Source: an uncultured Lachnospiraceae bacterium (GTDB lineage: Bacteria; Bacillota; Clostridia; Christensenellales; UBA1242). Taken from it: DNA of 64,000 bases. The notes below the pieces were generated by a model. It saw nothing but the letters and a program-made list of their open reading frames with translations. It searched no databases and was not told the origin of the DNA. The stretch is taken from contig CAZQMZ010000005.1 of the NCBI GenBank assembly GCA_964594865.1, positions 8,521-72,520 of the forward strand, given 5' to 3'. The position numbers were made by a program, and so were the translations under genes. Every line of letters starts with the position of its first letter. Position 1 is the first letter of the stretch. Shown here piece by piece: positions 8,989 to 18,799 of the stretch.

Positions 8989-10683
8989 ATGGAAGTAAAT
9001 GAAAAACAAAAATATAATTTTTCTGTTTTAGAAAGAATGGCAAGACTTTTGAACATCAAAAATCCATTTTTTAAAAATCTACATTATTCGCTTAAAGAAC
9101 ATCCGCAATATGAAGATAGAATATTTGACTATCCACCTACTCAGTTGCTATTCAATCAAAACGATGAGAGACCTTTTATGTATCTTCATGATGAATTGAG
9201 TCACATATCTAAAGTTAAAGGAAATGGAGGTGACCCATCACAATTAAAAGGTTATGTCGAACTTCATTTTACACATCCACAGCATTATTTGCTTGAATCT
9301 AGTCCTGATGTTTTTGATAGAGATGGATTTGAATTTTTTAAAGCAAACATTGCAAAACTGAAAAAGGAATTTCCTCATGTTGATTTCATCGTTGCAGAAG
9401 ACGGATTCTATACATGGAATAACTATTGCATTTATTACGATGTCGACAATTTCATTGCTTGTTATGATTTTGTTTATGGCTTTGTTGACAAAATTAAAAA
9501 CATGGACATTGACGGAGTTCCATTGTCAAACTTTGAAAAATATTTGGCAGTTGAATCGATTGTTAAACACCTTAAGTATGATCTTGAAAAAGAGACTGAA
9601 TCAACAAATTTATCCAGGTCGCTCACTGGAATTTTATCATCAGGACACATTTGTTGTGTAGGATATTCAATTATGATGAACGAAATTTTGAATAGACTTG
9701 GAATTCCAACATTGAATATACATGCAGGAGATATCACTTCAAAACACTCAAACCATACATTAAGTTGTATAAAATTGGACGATGATAAATATGGCATTCA
9801 TGGAGTCTATTTTTCAGATGTGACTTTTGCACAAAACTCTCCAGTGTTTACCATTTTAAGTTATAAGGAGATTATGCAATATTATAAAGAATTTGAAGAG
9901 ATGGAATTAAAACCTTCTTATAGAAATGTTTCTGCAATTGAAGAATTTGCAACTTTCTTTGAAGAAGACCAAGATTCCAAAGAACATCTTTTGAAGATGA
10001 TAAGAAGGCTTGTATACGAAAACGCAGAAAGCTACATCAACTATTTAATTGAACAAATTCCGTCTTCACCAGTTTTTGAACACTTTTCAAAGGACATGCA
10101 AGTCTTGGAAGAAAACAAAAAATATATTTACGCCATCATGGAAGATTCTTTTGAGATTCTTGAATCGGATTTTTATGATTCCAGATATAACAGACAGCTT
10201 TCGCAACAAAACAATTCCAACGACATGCAGTCCGTCATTGCAACAGCCAGAAGTGATATTGCTGAGCTTCTTGACCAATGTTTGAAGGAAGTTGGAGATC
10301 TTTTAAAGGTTCATTGGACTGCCAATCAAGCATTGTCTTCATCAATCAAAAACAAATTTAGTTACGAGAAAATTCTTGATATATACAAAAGAGAGTTGAA
10401 CAGAGTTTTGCCAAGCGCTGATCTCAAAAGTGATTCTCCTCAACGCCTTGCCACATTCCATTTTCTTATTGACAATTTGGATAAAGAAGATTCAGTCTTT
10501 ACGCCAATCCAAAAACTTGTAAAACACAGAGATCCGCTTTGGGGTAAAACGCTTTATGGACGCATGCAAATTGAAAAAGCTTCTCCTTTGGACAAAAATC
10601 TTGTTCAAGGCGTTGCACGAAATCTTTCCAGAAGATTGGAAACTTCAATTCTTAACATAGACGCAAATTTTGAAAAAAAATAA
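8989..10683 (+). CDS. Transglutaminase-like (papain-fold Cys-His-Asp) domain protein of unknown function
   Basis: GHICCVGYSIMMNEILNRLGIP...NHTLSCI...GVYFSDVTF matches the TGc triad pattern; start set at MEVNE (RBS-like AAAGGGG). Confidence 0.7.
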   Translation: MEVNEKQKYNFSVLERMARLLNIKNPFFKNLHYSLKEHPQYEDRIFDYPPTQLLFNQNDERPFMYLHDELSHISKVKGNGGDPSQLKGYVELHFTHPQHYLLESSPDVFDRDGFEFFKANIAKLKKEFPHVDFIVAEDGFYTWNNYCIYYDVDNFIACYDFVYGFVDKIKNMDIDGVPLSNFEKYLAVESIVKHLKYDLEKETESTNLSRSLTGILSSGHICCVGYSIMMNEILNRLGIPTLNIHAGDITSKHSNHTLSCIKLDDDKYGIHGVYFSDVTFAQNSPVFTILSYKEIMQYYKEFEEMELKPSYRNVSAIEEFATFFEEDQDSKEHLLKMIRRLVYENAESYINYLIEQIPSSPVFEHFSKDMQVLEENKKYIYAIMEDSFEILESDFYDSRYNRQLSQQNNSNDMQSVIATARSDIAELLDQCLKEVGDLLKVHWTANQALSSSIKNKFSYEKILDIYKRELNRVLPSADLKSDSPQRLATFHFLIDNLDKEDSVFTPIQKLVKHRDPLWGKTLYGRMQIEKASPLDKNLVQGVARNLSRRLETSILNIDANFEKK

Positions 10684-10727
10684 ATCATGGCAACCATGAT
10701 TTATTTTTTGTGTTCACTAAAAATTTT

Positions 10728-11591
10728 TCAGTCTTCTCGATATTCTCGCGGGAAAACTATGAGATAACGGTGTGGATCTTCACCTTTACTCATTGTCGTC
10801 ACTCTGTCGTCATCTTGAAGTGCGGTGTGAATGATTTTTCGTTCGCTGGCATCCATCGGCTCAAGTCTATAATACCTTCCGCTCTTTGCCACTTTGTTTG
10901 CAATGCGATGTGCAAGAGTAGTTAAACTCTCAGCACGCTTTTGACGATAATTTTCAACATCAAGCGAAATTTTCTTTCTGCCTTCATTTTTGCAAACCAA
11001 ATTCATCAAATATGAAAGTGACAACATGCACTCACCGTGATGTCCAATAAGGTCGTTCAATCCTTCACCAAAAAGTTTGTAATACGCAAACCTTTCATCT
11101 TCAGACACTTCAATTTCACCTTTGAGATTCATTGCTTCAAGCACGCCTTTCAAAAAGTCTTCACCACTGATTTTCTTTGAAGAAATTTTTTCAATCTTGT
11201 CAGGCTTTGAATCACTTATTTCTTCATCGGCATAAACTTTGACTTTCTTCTCTTGTTTTTCCTCTTCCTTGTCTGCCTTCTTTTCAGTTTTTTCGATTTC
11301 TTTTTGCTCTTTCTTTATTTCTTTTTCAACTTCGCTAACTCTTTTGTTGATAAATTTTTCAGCAAAATCTTCATCGTTTTCTTCTTCTGCCAAGCTCTTT
11401 TTCAATTCCTCGCGCTTCTCATATTTTTCAAGTGCGTCTTGTGAAATGGTAACCAAAACTTTTGCTTTTTTCAAAAATCCGCCTTCGCTCAAAATTTTGA
11501 TGTCCACATCTTCGCGTGACGCTTTAAGTTCCAAGAGTGCGTTTTGAATGGCTTGTTCAATGTTTTTGCCTGTTCCTTCACATGATTTCAT
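10728..11591 (-). CDS. jag: Jag/EloR/KhpB RNA-binding protein (Jag_N, KH, R3H)
   Basis: GKNIEQAIQNALLEL, LIGHHGE KH loop, LEPMDASERKIIHTAL R3H motif. Confidence 0.93.
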   Translation of the reverse strand: MKSCEGTGKNIEQAIQNALLELKASREDVDIKILSEGGFLKKAKVLVTISQDALEKYEKREELKKSLAEEENDEDFAEKFINKRVSEVEKEIKKEQKEIEKTEKKADKEEEKQEKKVKVYADEEISDSKPDKIEKISSKKISGEDFLKGVLEAMNLKGEIEVSEDERFAYYKLFGEGLNDLIGHHGECMLSLSYLMNLVCKNEGRKKISLDVENYRQKRAESLTTLAHRIANKVAKSGRYYRLEPMDASERKIIHTALQDDDRVTTMSKGEDPHRYLIVFPREYRED

Positions 11592-11854
11592 TTTTCTTTT
11601 CTCCTTTTTTTGTCCAAATGAGAGTCCGCTACAGGGAGAATACTTTTTGAGTTTTTTTTGATCGTTTTGAACAAAGTTTTATTAAAAAGTATCAATAAAA
11701 AGGGATGCGACCCACATTATCTTCTTTTACACTTTAACATATTTTGCGAAAAATGACAAATAATTTTGCGTTTATATTCAAAATTACAAAAATATTTGCA
11801 AATTTTCATAAATTTGTGCTAAACTTATCGAAAGATTTTCAAAAGGAGATTTTT

Positions 11855-12412
11855 ATGTTTGTAATCTTTTCTGGCGTTTCAGGAGTTGGAAAAAACACAG
11901 TCATCAACAGACTTTTGAGTGAAGATAACAACCGCTTTTTGATTAAATCTGCCACCACACGCGCTTGTCGTGGAAAGGACGACAACAACTATGATTTCAT
12001 GAGTGAAGAAGAGTTTTCCAAGCGCGAAGCAAACGGTGAGTTTTTTGAAGTTATCAATATTCACACTCATCGCTCCGCCACGCAGTTTAAAGAATTACAA
12101 AAAATCATCGACAATCCGCAGAACGTTTATTTCAAAGACATCGACGTGATTGGCACGCAAAAACTTGTGGAATTTTTCAAAGATAAAGACGTCGAACTTC
12201 TGACCATTTTCCTTGATGCACCAGATGATGTTTTGCATGAACGATTGATAAATCGTGGTGAAAGCGAAGAAAAAGCACAACTGCGACTCTCTCGTGCCAA
12301 AATGGAAAGAGAATATATGGTCAAATATGACCTTGTGATTGAGAATATCGACATTGAAAAAACACTTGCAATAGTTCGCGAAAGATTGGAAAAATCTCAT
12401 TCCAAAAAATAA
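11855..12412 (+). CDS. gmk: Guanylate kinase
   Basis: FSGVSGVGKNTV P-loop, SATTRACR, RLINRGESEE, YDLVIEN; start reassigned to MFVIF after AAGGAG. Confidence 0.85.
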   Translation: MFVIFSGVSGVGKNTVINRLLSEDNNRFLIKSATTRACRGKDDNNYDFMSEEEFSKREANGEFFEVINIHTHRSATQFKELQKIIDNPQNVYFKDIDVIGTQKLVEFFKDKDVELLTIFLDAPDDVLHERLINRGESEEKAQLRLSRAKMEREYMVKYDLVIENIDIEKTLAIVRERLEKSHSKK

Positions 12413-12450
12413 AAAGGATAGAAATCTATCCTTTTTTAACTTTAAATTTT

Positions 12451-13701
12451 TTATGTCTTCACCCTTGCCAAAGTGATGTTGTCTTCTTCTCGATTTTGAA
12501 GTTCTTTGACAGGGTTTGTTTTTGTTTCACATCGATAATCTTCTCCAAAATAGTTGATGTGGTCCACGATAACTTTGTGGCTGGCTTCTTCTTCCGGATT
12601 TTTGATCACTTTGTTTTGATATTTAAAGAAGTTGTCAGCGTCATCAAGGTCGTCAATGTTGACATAACCTTCGCGCTTTGCTGTGCAAGTGACAGTTTTC
12701 TTCAATACTGTTCGAACATACTCTATGTTTGATTGCAGTTTGATAAGCTCTGGAAATTCGCCATTTGGAATGACTTCTTGCCACTCCTTTTTCTCATATT
12801 TCATCAAAAGATCTTTTGCGGAATGAAGATGTGCAATTTCTTGCTCCAAAATCATCTCCCAAATCTTTTTGATGTGTTTGTCACTCTCATCTTGCATCAT
12901 GGAATAATATAGATAGCACTCAATATACTCATGCATAAGGCACATCTCAAACCAACTTGCTGTCGGATCAATCAAACTGCCATACTGCGAAACATGTTGC
13001 TCTTCCACCATGCCAATTTCGGTGTATAATTCTCGACCTTTTTGATTTTTATAAAATGAGCCCAAATTCATATAATAATTCATTGTCTGCTGTTCCGCCG
13101 CTGTGATTATGCTGACTGCACATTTAGTGAAAGGGTCGGATATTTTGTTTGAAATTGGTTCTTTGATTTCGTCATAAGGATGTCGATGATGAGCAATCGT
13201 TGGACGCCCCGGCGTGATTTCTGTGTATCCGCCCACATATTCTTCCGCTTTTGCACCCATATCACTTTCCAACAAATTTGAATAGCGATATAAATGGTCA
13301 AAGTCTTCCAAAAGTGCAAAATCAAGGGCATCCTTGACGTGCTGATCTTTTGTGTGTTGAGCCAAAAATGCCGTCAATTCAACAGCAAGTTGCTCATATC
13401 CAATCGTCGTTTCAAGCAAATTTTCATCGACAGGTTTAAGCCCCGCAATAAGTTTTTGCTGCTGGTGTTCTTGGCGTCTTATCATGGCAATCGACCGCCT
13501 CAAATCGTTGTCAGAAGAATGTCTGTGGAAGGCATGTCCAAACCATACCGCCTCATATTCCGTCCCATTCATCAAAATGCAACGCGTGCGCGTGTATGGG
13601 TTCACTTCGTTTTTGTCATATGGTTTTGGCGCAAGATCTTTCCAACTCATGATACACGCTTCCAATTTTTTTGGTTTTTCCAAAAAAGGATTAAATTTCA
13701 T
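12451..13701 (-). CDS. Conserved double ferritin-like-domain protein
   Basis: Repeated ExxH pairs (EHQQQ, EDFDHL, EEQHVSQY, EIAHL) in helical bundles; GGAGG RBS. Confidence 0.6.
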   Translation of the reverse strand: MKFNPFLEKPKKLEACIMSWKDLAPKPYDKNEVNPYTRTRCILMNGTEYEAVWFGHAFHRHSSDNDLRRSIAMIRRQEHQQQKLIAGLKPVDENLLETTIGYEQLAVELTAFLAQHTKDQHVKDALDFALLEDFDHLYRYSNLLESDMGAKAEEYVGGYTEITPGRPTIAHHRHPYDEIKEPISNKISDPFTKCAVSIITAAEQQTMNYYMNLGSFYKNQKGRELYTEIGMVEEQHVSQYGSLIDPTASWFEMCLMHEYIECYLYYSMMQDESDKHIKKIWEMILEQEIAHLHSAKDLLMKYEKKEWQEVIPNGEFPELIKLQSNIEYVRTVLKKTVTCTAKREGYVNIDDLDDADNFFKYQNKVIKNPEEEASHKVIVDHINYFGEDYRCETKTNPVKELQNREEDNITLARVKT

Positions 13702-13919
13702 TATTCACCTCCAATTTTTACTTTTTCCAAATATTTTTCGTTTTATTCGGTGAATATAAAAATCTGACACGAGAAGTGGTTTAGAGCAAATTTTATATGT
13801 ATTTTGATAAGAAAAATCAAAAAAACACTTGCAAAAAAAAATAAAATGTGTATAATAGATAGTGCAAAAACTGACAAAATGTTTTAAACTTTTCAAATTG
13901 TCAAAAATTGCAAAGATAT

Positions 13920-14007
13920 GGAGAGTTGGCTGAGCGGTCGAAAGCGGCGGTCTTGAAAACCGTTGAGGTGAAAGCCTCCGTGGGTTCGAATCCTACACTC
14001 TCCGCCA
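13920..14007 (+). tRNA. tRNA-Ser (anticodon TGA)
   Basis: GGAGAGTTGGCTGAGCGGTCGAAAGCGGCGGTCTTGAAAACCG...long variable arm...GGGTTCGAATCCT...CTCTCCGCCA; CCA encoded; followed by terminator hairpin ~14017-14049. Confidence 0.97.
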
Positions 14008-14187
14008 ACTTGTACCCAACTGAACACCTTTGTTTAGTTGGGTTTTTTTATGAAAATTAGTAAGACTCCTTATTATCTTTGCCTTTCGCCATGGGTTCAG
14101 CAAAATTCTTGTATGAAGTCAACGGGACAAATTAAATTTCGTTTTGTTTTTGATTTTAGAAATATTGGACCATTATTATAAATTAAG

Positions 14188-14217
14188 TTGACATTTTAAT
14201 TCTTCGTTCATTATAAT
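14188..14217 (+). promoter_or_regulatory. Consensus sigmaA promoter upstream of the Pro-rich small ORF
   Basis: TTGACA (14188-14193), 18 bp, TATAAT (14212-14217). Confidence 0.8.
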
Positions 14218-14264
14218 AGTTTTATGATGACACTTCATTATAACTAAAATTAAAGGAGGTCAAT

Positions 14265-14390
14265 ATGCCAAGACATCCAAAACCAGGTGGTCCAGGACCA
14301 CATCCAATTCCAGGTCCACGTCCTAGAAGAGTGCCTGTTCCACCACCAAAAAGAGCACCTGGCAGAAGAGATACAGGTCCGCCAAAGTGA
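14265..14390 (+). CDS. 41-aa Pro/Arg-rich small protein (not in ORF track)
   Basis: AAAGGAGGT 5 nt before ATG; MPRHPKPGGPGPHPIPGPRPRRVPVPPPKRAPGRRDTGPPK; GC-rich island in AT-rich DNA. Confidence 0.75.
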   Translation: MPRHPKPGGPGPHPIPGPRPRRVPVPPPKRAPGRRDTGPPK

Positions 14391-14452
14391 ACACAACTGA
14401 AAACCACTATTAAAGATATTGTTATTAAAAATGAATTAAAAGAGAGGGGACT

Positions 14453-14983
14453 ATGAAATTTTTGATCGTTTCAGATATTCATGGAAGTGCAAATTCAGCA
14501 AAAATGTTGGTGGAAAAGTTTGAAAAAACAGGCGCGGACAGAATAATTTTGTTGGGTGATTTGCTTTATTCTGGGCCAAGAAACGGCTTGCCTGAAAATT
14601 TCAATCCACAAGAAGTTACAAATATTTTAAATTCACTTGCCGACAAAATTTTGGCGGTTAGAGGTAACTGTGACTCAGAGATTGACCAAGTAGTTTTGAA
14701 TTTTCAGCTTGCAGAAAATATGTATATTGTTGTCGGAGATAAAATTTATTTTTGCACGCACGGACACCACATAAGTCACGAGACGCCGGCAAATTTTGCA
14801 GACGGCATAACGGTTTTGTATGGACACTTTCACGTAACTCGCAAAACCGAAATTTCAGGTGTGACATATTTCAACATTGGAAGCATCACAAAACCAAAAC
14901 ATGATTCAAAAAAGTGTTACGGAATTTTGGATGAAAATGGAATCAAAGTTTTTGACCTTGACGACAATTTGATTTTGGAATAA
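14453..14983 (+). CDS. yfcE: YfcE/MJ0936-family metallophosphoesterase
   Basis: SDIHG, LGDLLYSGPRN, VRGNCDSEID, THGH, GHFH, NIGS. Confidence 0.9.
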   Translation: MKFLIVSDIHGSANSAKMLVEKFEKTGADRIILLGDLLYSGPRNGLPENFNPQEVTNILNSLADKILAVRGNCDSEIDQVVLNFQLAENMYIVVGDKIYFCTHGHHISHETPANFADGITVLYGHFHVTRKTEISGVTYFNIGSITKPKHDSKKCYGILDENGIKVFDLDDNLILE

Positions 14984-15269
14984 TTTTGTTATTTAAACAT
15001 TACTAATTTTTTCAAATTTAATATTCATTTCATTTTCCAATAAGAAATTTTTGCGTATTTACTCAAAATATTTTATTTGCCAAATCGTTTTACATCTCTG
15101 TTGCACCGTCACATCATTTAAAATACGAACTCTGCGAATTTATTTAGAGTTCGTATTTTTTTAGTAAAAATTATTGTAAATCATTATAAAAATCGCCATA
15201 AAAGTGTGCAAATCTGGAAAAATTGTTTTTTTTGTATTGTATTTTGCACAAAATTAGGAATGAGTTGTT

Positions 15270-16526
15270 TTATTCAAAAATCAAAGTATATGTCGCAGTC
15301 AATGTCTTGCCCGAATCGTCAATGGTGAAATAAACTGTCAAAACACCTTCGCTCCCAGCAAACTCTGAGATGTTGGAGAGAGACATTTTGTATGATTTAT
15401 TGCTCCCCGTTGCTGAATACTGACTTCCATCAATTTCAAGTGTGACTTCTGTTATAACCAGTTTAATATCTTTATACGTATCCGACGCTGCAAAGGACAA
15501 CGGAATGTTTGTCATCATACTCATGCTTGTTGGAATTATCAATGTGTTTTCAACTTGTGTGATTGCAGGATATGTTGTCAAGTTCAAATATACATTTCCG
15601 TCAACAATGTCGTCACCTGTCTCTTCATTATCAAAAATTTCGGCGTTTTCATTTTCGTCAGTATTTTGATCATCGTCCGCTAAATCTTCCTCGACATATA
15701 CTTTTTCATTGTCACCTTCTTCATCTGTGTTCTTGTCGTCGTCTTCTGCTGGAAATTCTTCATCATTAGGAACACCCTCATCGTTGTCAGTCTCTACATC
15801 ACCGTTCTTGTCGTTTAAATCACTCTCTTCACCGCCATCGTCTTCGCCAGCATTTTGATTGTCATTCCCTGAATCTTCGTCTTTATTCCCTTCGTCAAAA
15901 TTTTCATTTTCATCGCTCTCGTTATCGTCTGCCTCATCGTCTTTGGATAAATTTTCTTCATTGTTGTTTCCATCATCATCGATGTTCTGACTGTCATCCA
16001 CATCTTCGCTAACTTTTTCATCAGAATTGTCAATATCATTATTATCAATCTCTTCTTCATCACCACTGTCATCTTCGCTGTCTTGGGCACCTTTTTCTTC
16101 GTCTAAATCTTTATTTTCATCTTCTTCTGGAAGGTCCTCATCTAAGATTATCTTTTCAGGATATATCACCGTGACGTTGATGACCACTTCACAATCGTCA
16201 TATCCATCTGCGGTTAAAATAAGTTGGGATGAAATCTCGCCCGTGCGCTCTTCATTCTCCAATGCAGTGATTACCAAAGAATTGTCCACCCCAAGCGAAT
16301 ATTCAAAAATCTTTTCACCAACGACAGCTGTCTCAACAACCATAGATGAAGGACTGGCGTAATAAGTCAAAGTCACACTTTCGCCGGCGGGCAATGTTAC
16401 ATCCGTTGTTGAAACACTGATTGAAGGTTCTTCCCCGTTGTTGCAAGCAGTTAATGCAATGCCTGTTGCAAATATTGCAAGAACAACAAAAATTCCAAAA
16501 AATATCTTTTTTATGTTTGTTTTCAT
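15270..16526 (-). CDS. Lipoprotein with long Asp/Glu/Asn-rich low-complexity linker between two beta-rich domains
   Basis: Signal peptide with LTAC lipobox (Cys28); central DEDSGDEEEIDNND...-type tract; downstream terminator hairpin ~15121-15162. Confidence 0.8.
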   Translation of the reverse strand: MKTNIKKIFFGIFVVLAIFATGIALTACNNGEEPSISVSTTDVTLPAGESVTLTYYASPSSMVVETAVVGEKIFEYSLGVDNSLVITALENEERTGEISSQLILTADGYDDCEVVINVTVIYPEKIILDEDLPEEDENKDLDEEKGAQDSEDDSGDEEEIDNNDIDNSDEKVSEDVDDSQNIDDDGNNNEENLSKDDEADDNESDENENFDEGNKDEDSGNDNQNAGEDDGGEESDLNDKNGDVETDNDEGVPNDEEFPAEDDDKNTDEEGDNEKVYVEEDLADDDQNTDENENAEIFDNEETGDDIVDGNVYLNLTTYPAITQVENTLIIPTSMSMMTNIPLSFAASDTYKDIKLVITEVTLEIDGSQYSATGSNKSYKMSLSNISEFAGSEGVLTVYFTIDDSGKTLTATYTLIFE

Positions 16527-17666
16527 GGCGGTATTTTAACATATATATCAAATATACACAAAGTAAATTTCGACATTATTTACAAATTACTAGAAAAACT
16601 TTGACGAACTGCTGTCATTTTGCTGTCAAACTGACAGCAAAATCTTTTCAACAAAAAATCCTTGCCAAAAAATCTTACAGATTGAGTCTTTTCTATTTAA
16701 CAACAAAACACTCAAGCATTAAGCCGTTGTTTGGAAAAAACATAAAAGTATCGACATGTAGTTGAAGGATGAACTATCATTTTTTTTAATATAAGTATTT
16801 TTCAAGTATAAGTGCTCTGTCGCAATCTTTGAAAAAGTTCTATGTCAATTTACTATTCTTTAATTTTTGTTCAAATTATTGTTTCTTATTTTTAAAGATG
16901 TTTAAGTTATGTTTTAATAACAATAGTGTACAAATTCGCTTACTATATAAATTCGCTAATCTAACTTTAGTATTTATCAAAGTGTTTAATTTTTACTTTT
17001 TCATTTCTATACACGAAAAATTTTTATTAAGTATGTCAAGACTTTAAAGAAAAAATTAAAAGATGTTATAATTCCTTCATAATAAAACATATAAAAAACA
17101 CTGCCAAAATGTCTTGTTTGAAACGACTGCTAGTATGTCTGTTAATTTATGTACCAGTTCCAAACACTTAACTCTTTGATTGCTTAATATAAGCCTTTGT
17201 ATAATTTGATAAATTAAGAAATGAAAAAGATCGACCTTTTGGAAGAGATTTAGAAATTTTTAACTGTTTCGGATATTATGGCAGTTTAGAACTGGTAAAA
17301 TATTTGGCGGATAAGCTAAAAGGCAAATGTAGACAAAATACTTTTATTGACCAATTTACTTTATTTTGGTTTAGAAAACAGTTTAAAAATTTTATACCAA
17401 AGAAATTACAATATTTTAAACTCTTTTACCAACAAAACGTTTTTAAAATATGAACGAAATTTTGAATAAAAACGGTGTTAAAGTCTTTTAAGCTTAACAA
17501 TTGCTTGATTTTGAATGAATTTTGAACTTTGCTGAACTAAAAATAGTCACAAATAAATGTGCCATATAGTGCCACTCCTTATTAACAGCTAAATGATCGA
17601 TTTCAAAAGCATATTTATTAAATCGGTATTGTTAACAACTTTAAGTATTGGTTATTATGCCAGGAT

Positions 17667-17756
17667 TGTTTCACGTGAAACATTTTAAAGCTAATGATAT
17701 AAGTTTGTTTCACGTGAAACATTTTTTATATAAATGGAATTGTTCCATGTGAAACA
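17667..17756. promoter_or_regulatory. parS: Cluster of three parS sites
   Basis: TGTTTCACGTGAAACA at 17667-17682 and 17706-17721; TGTTCCATGTGAAACA at 17741-17756; match the Firmicute parS consensus. Confidence 0.93.
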
Positions 17757-17843
17757 AACGGTTAAATGTATCTTTAAAAATGTTTGACATTAAATTTTTA
17801 AAAAGATATAATATAGTATACTTTAACTTAATGGAGGTTTAAT

Positions 17844-18386
17844 ATGAAAAGTTTAAAGGGAACAAAAACAGAACAAAATTTGTGGGAAGCATTTGCAGGG
17901 GAAAGTAAAGCAAGAAATAAATATACATTCTACGCATCTCAAGCAAAAAAGGATGGTTATGAACAAATTGCAGAGATTTTCAGTGAAACTGCCGACAATG
18001 AAAAAGAACACGCAAAACTTTGGTTTAAATACCTTAATGGCGGTTCAATTCCAACAACAACTGAAAATTTGATTGACGCTGCTGCTGGCGAAAACGACGA
18101 ATGGACAAATATGTATAAACGTATGGCAGAAGAAGCTAGAGCTGAGGGCTTTATGGAGATTGCTTACAAATTCGAAGCTGTCGGAGCTATTGAAAAGCGA
18201 CACGAAGAAAGATATAAAACACTTTCCAAACTTATAGAAGAAAAGAAAGTTTTTAAAAAGTCAGAAAAGAAAATGTGGATTTGCAGAAACTGTGGACATA
18301 TCCATGTTGGCGACACAGCTCCTGAAGTTTGTCCTGTTTGCAATCATCCAAAAGCATACTTTGAAATTTTTAACGAAGAGTTTTAA
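17844..18386 (+). CDS. rbr: Rubrerythrin
   Basis: AFAGESKARNKY, NEKEHA, GENDEW, IEKRHEERY, C-terminal CRNCG...CPVC rubredoxin site; terminator ~18427-18460. Confidence 0.96.
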   Translation: MKSLKGTKTEQNLWEAFAGESKARNKYTFYASQAKKDGYEQIAEIFSETADNEKEHAKLWFKYLNGGSIPTTTENLIDAAAGENDEWTNMYKRMAEEARAEGFMEIAYKFEAVGAIEKRHEERYKTLSKLIEEKKVFKKSEKKMWICRNCGHIHVGDTAPEVCPVCNHPKAYFEIFNEEF

Positions 18387-18799
18387 TTTTAAAGATATAT
18401 TAAATATTACATACTTATTTGGTTTAAACTAGTGGCTATATAAAATAACCACTAGTTTTATTATTTTTTATTTTTAATTATATAAAAATAACTAGTTTAA
18501 TGTAAAATAAGTTATATGTTGACTATATTAAAAATCTAATTGTTATATTAAAATAATTATTATTTCATAACCATTTTAAATTTTAAATTTTTTAGTGTTT
18601 CACACATCTTTTTTATTCTTTCACATTTTTCTGAAAAATAATATAATTAAATAGATCTTCTATTGGACAAATTTTTGTTTGATAAAAGAATAGAATTCAA
18701 TTTTACGTATTTTTTGAATTAACAGAATATTTTTTAAATTTTAAAAAGAAAAAGTGTTTTTTTTATTGACATCTTAAAAAAAATAACTTATAATCTAAA

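Noticed and set aside
14055-14145. GC-richer patch after the tRNA terminator, considered as a riboswitch or small ORF
   Set aside because: No recognisable riboswitch consensus; only an 11-codon minus-strand ORF without an RBS.
14222-14407. 61-aa Gly/Pro-rich minus-strand ORF
   Set aside because: Antisense shadow of the Pro-rich peptide; the promoter and RBS are on the + strand.
13920-17600. Genomic island integrated at tRNA-Ser
   Set aside because: No duplicate of the tRNA 3' end and no integrase seen in the window; only weak scar-like repeats, reported separately.
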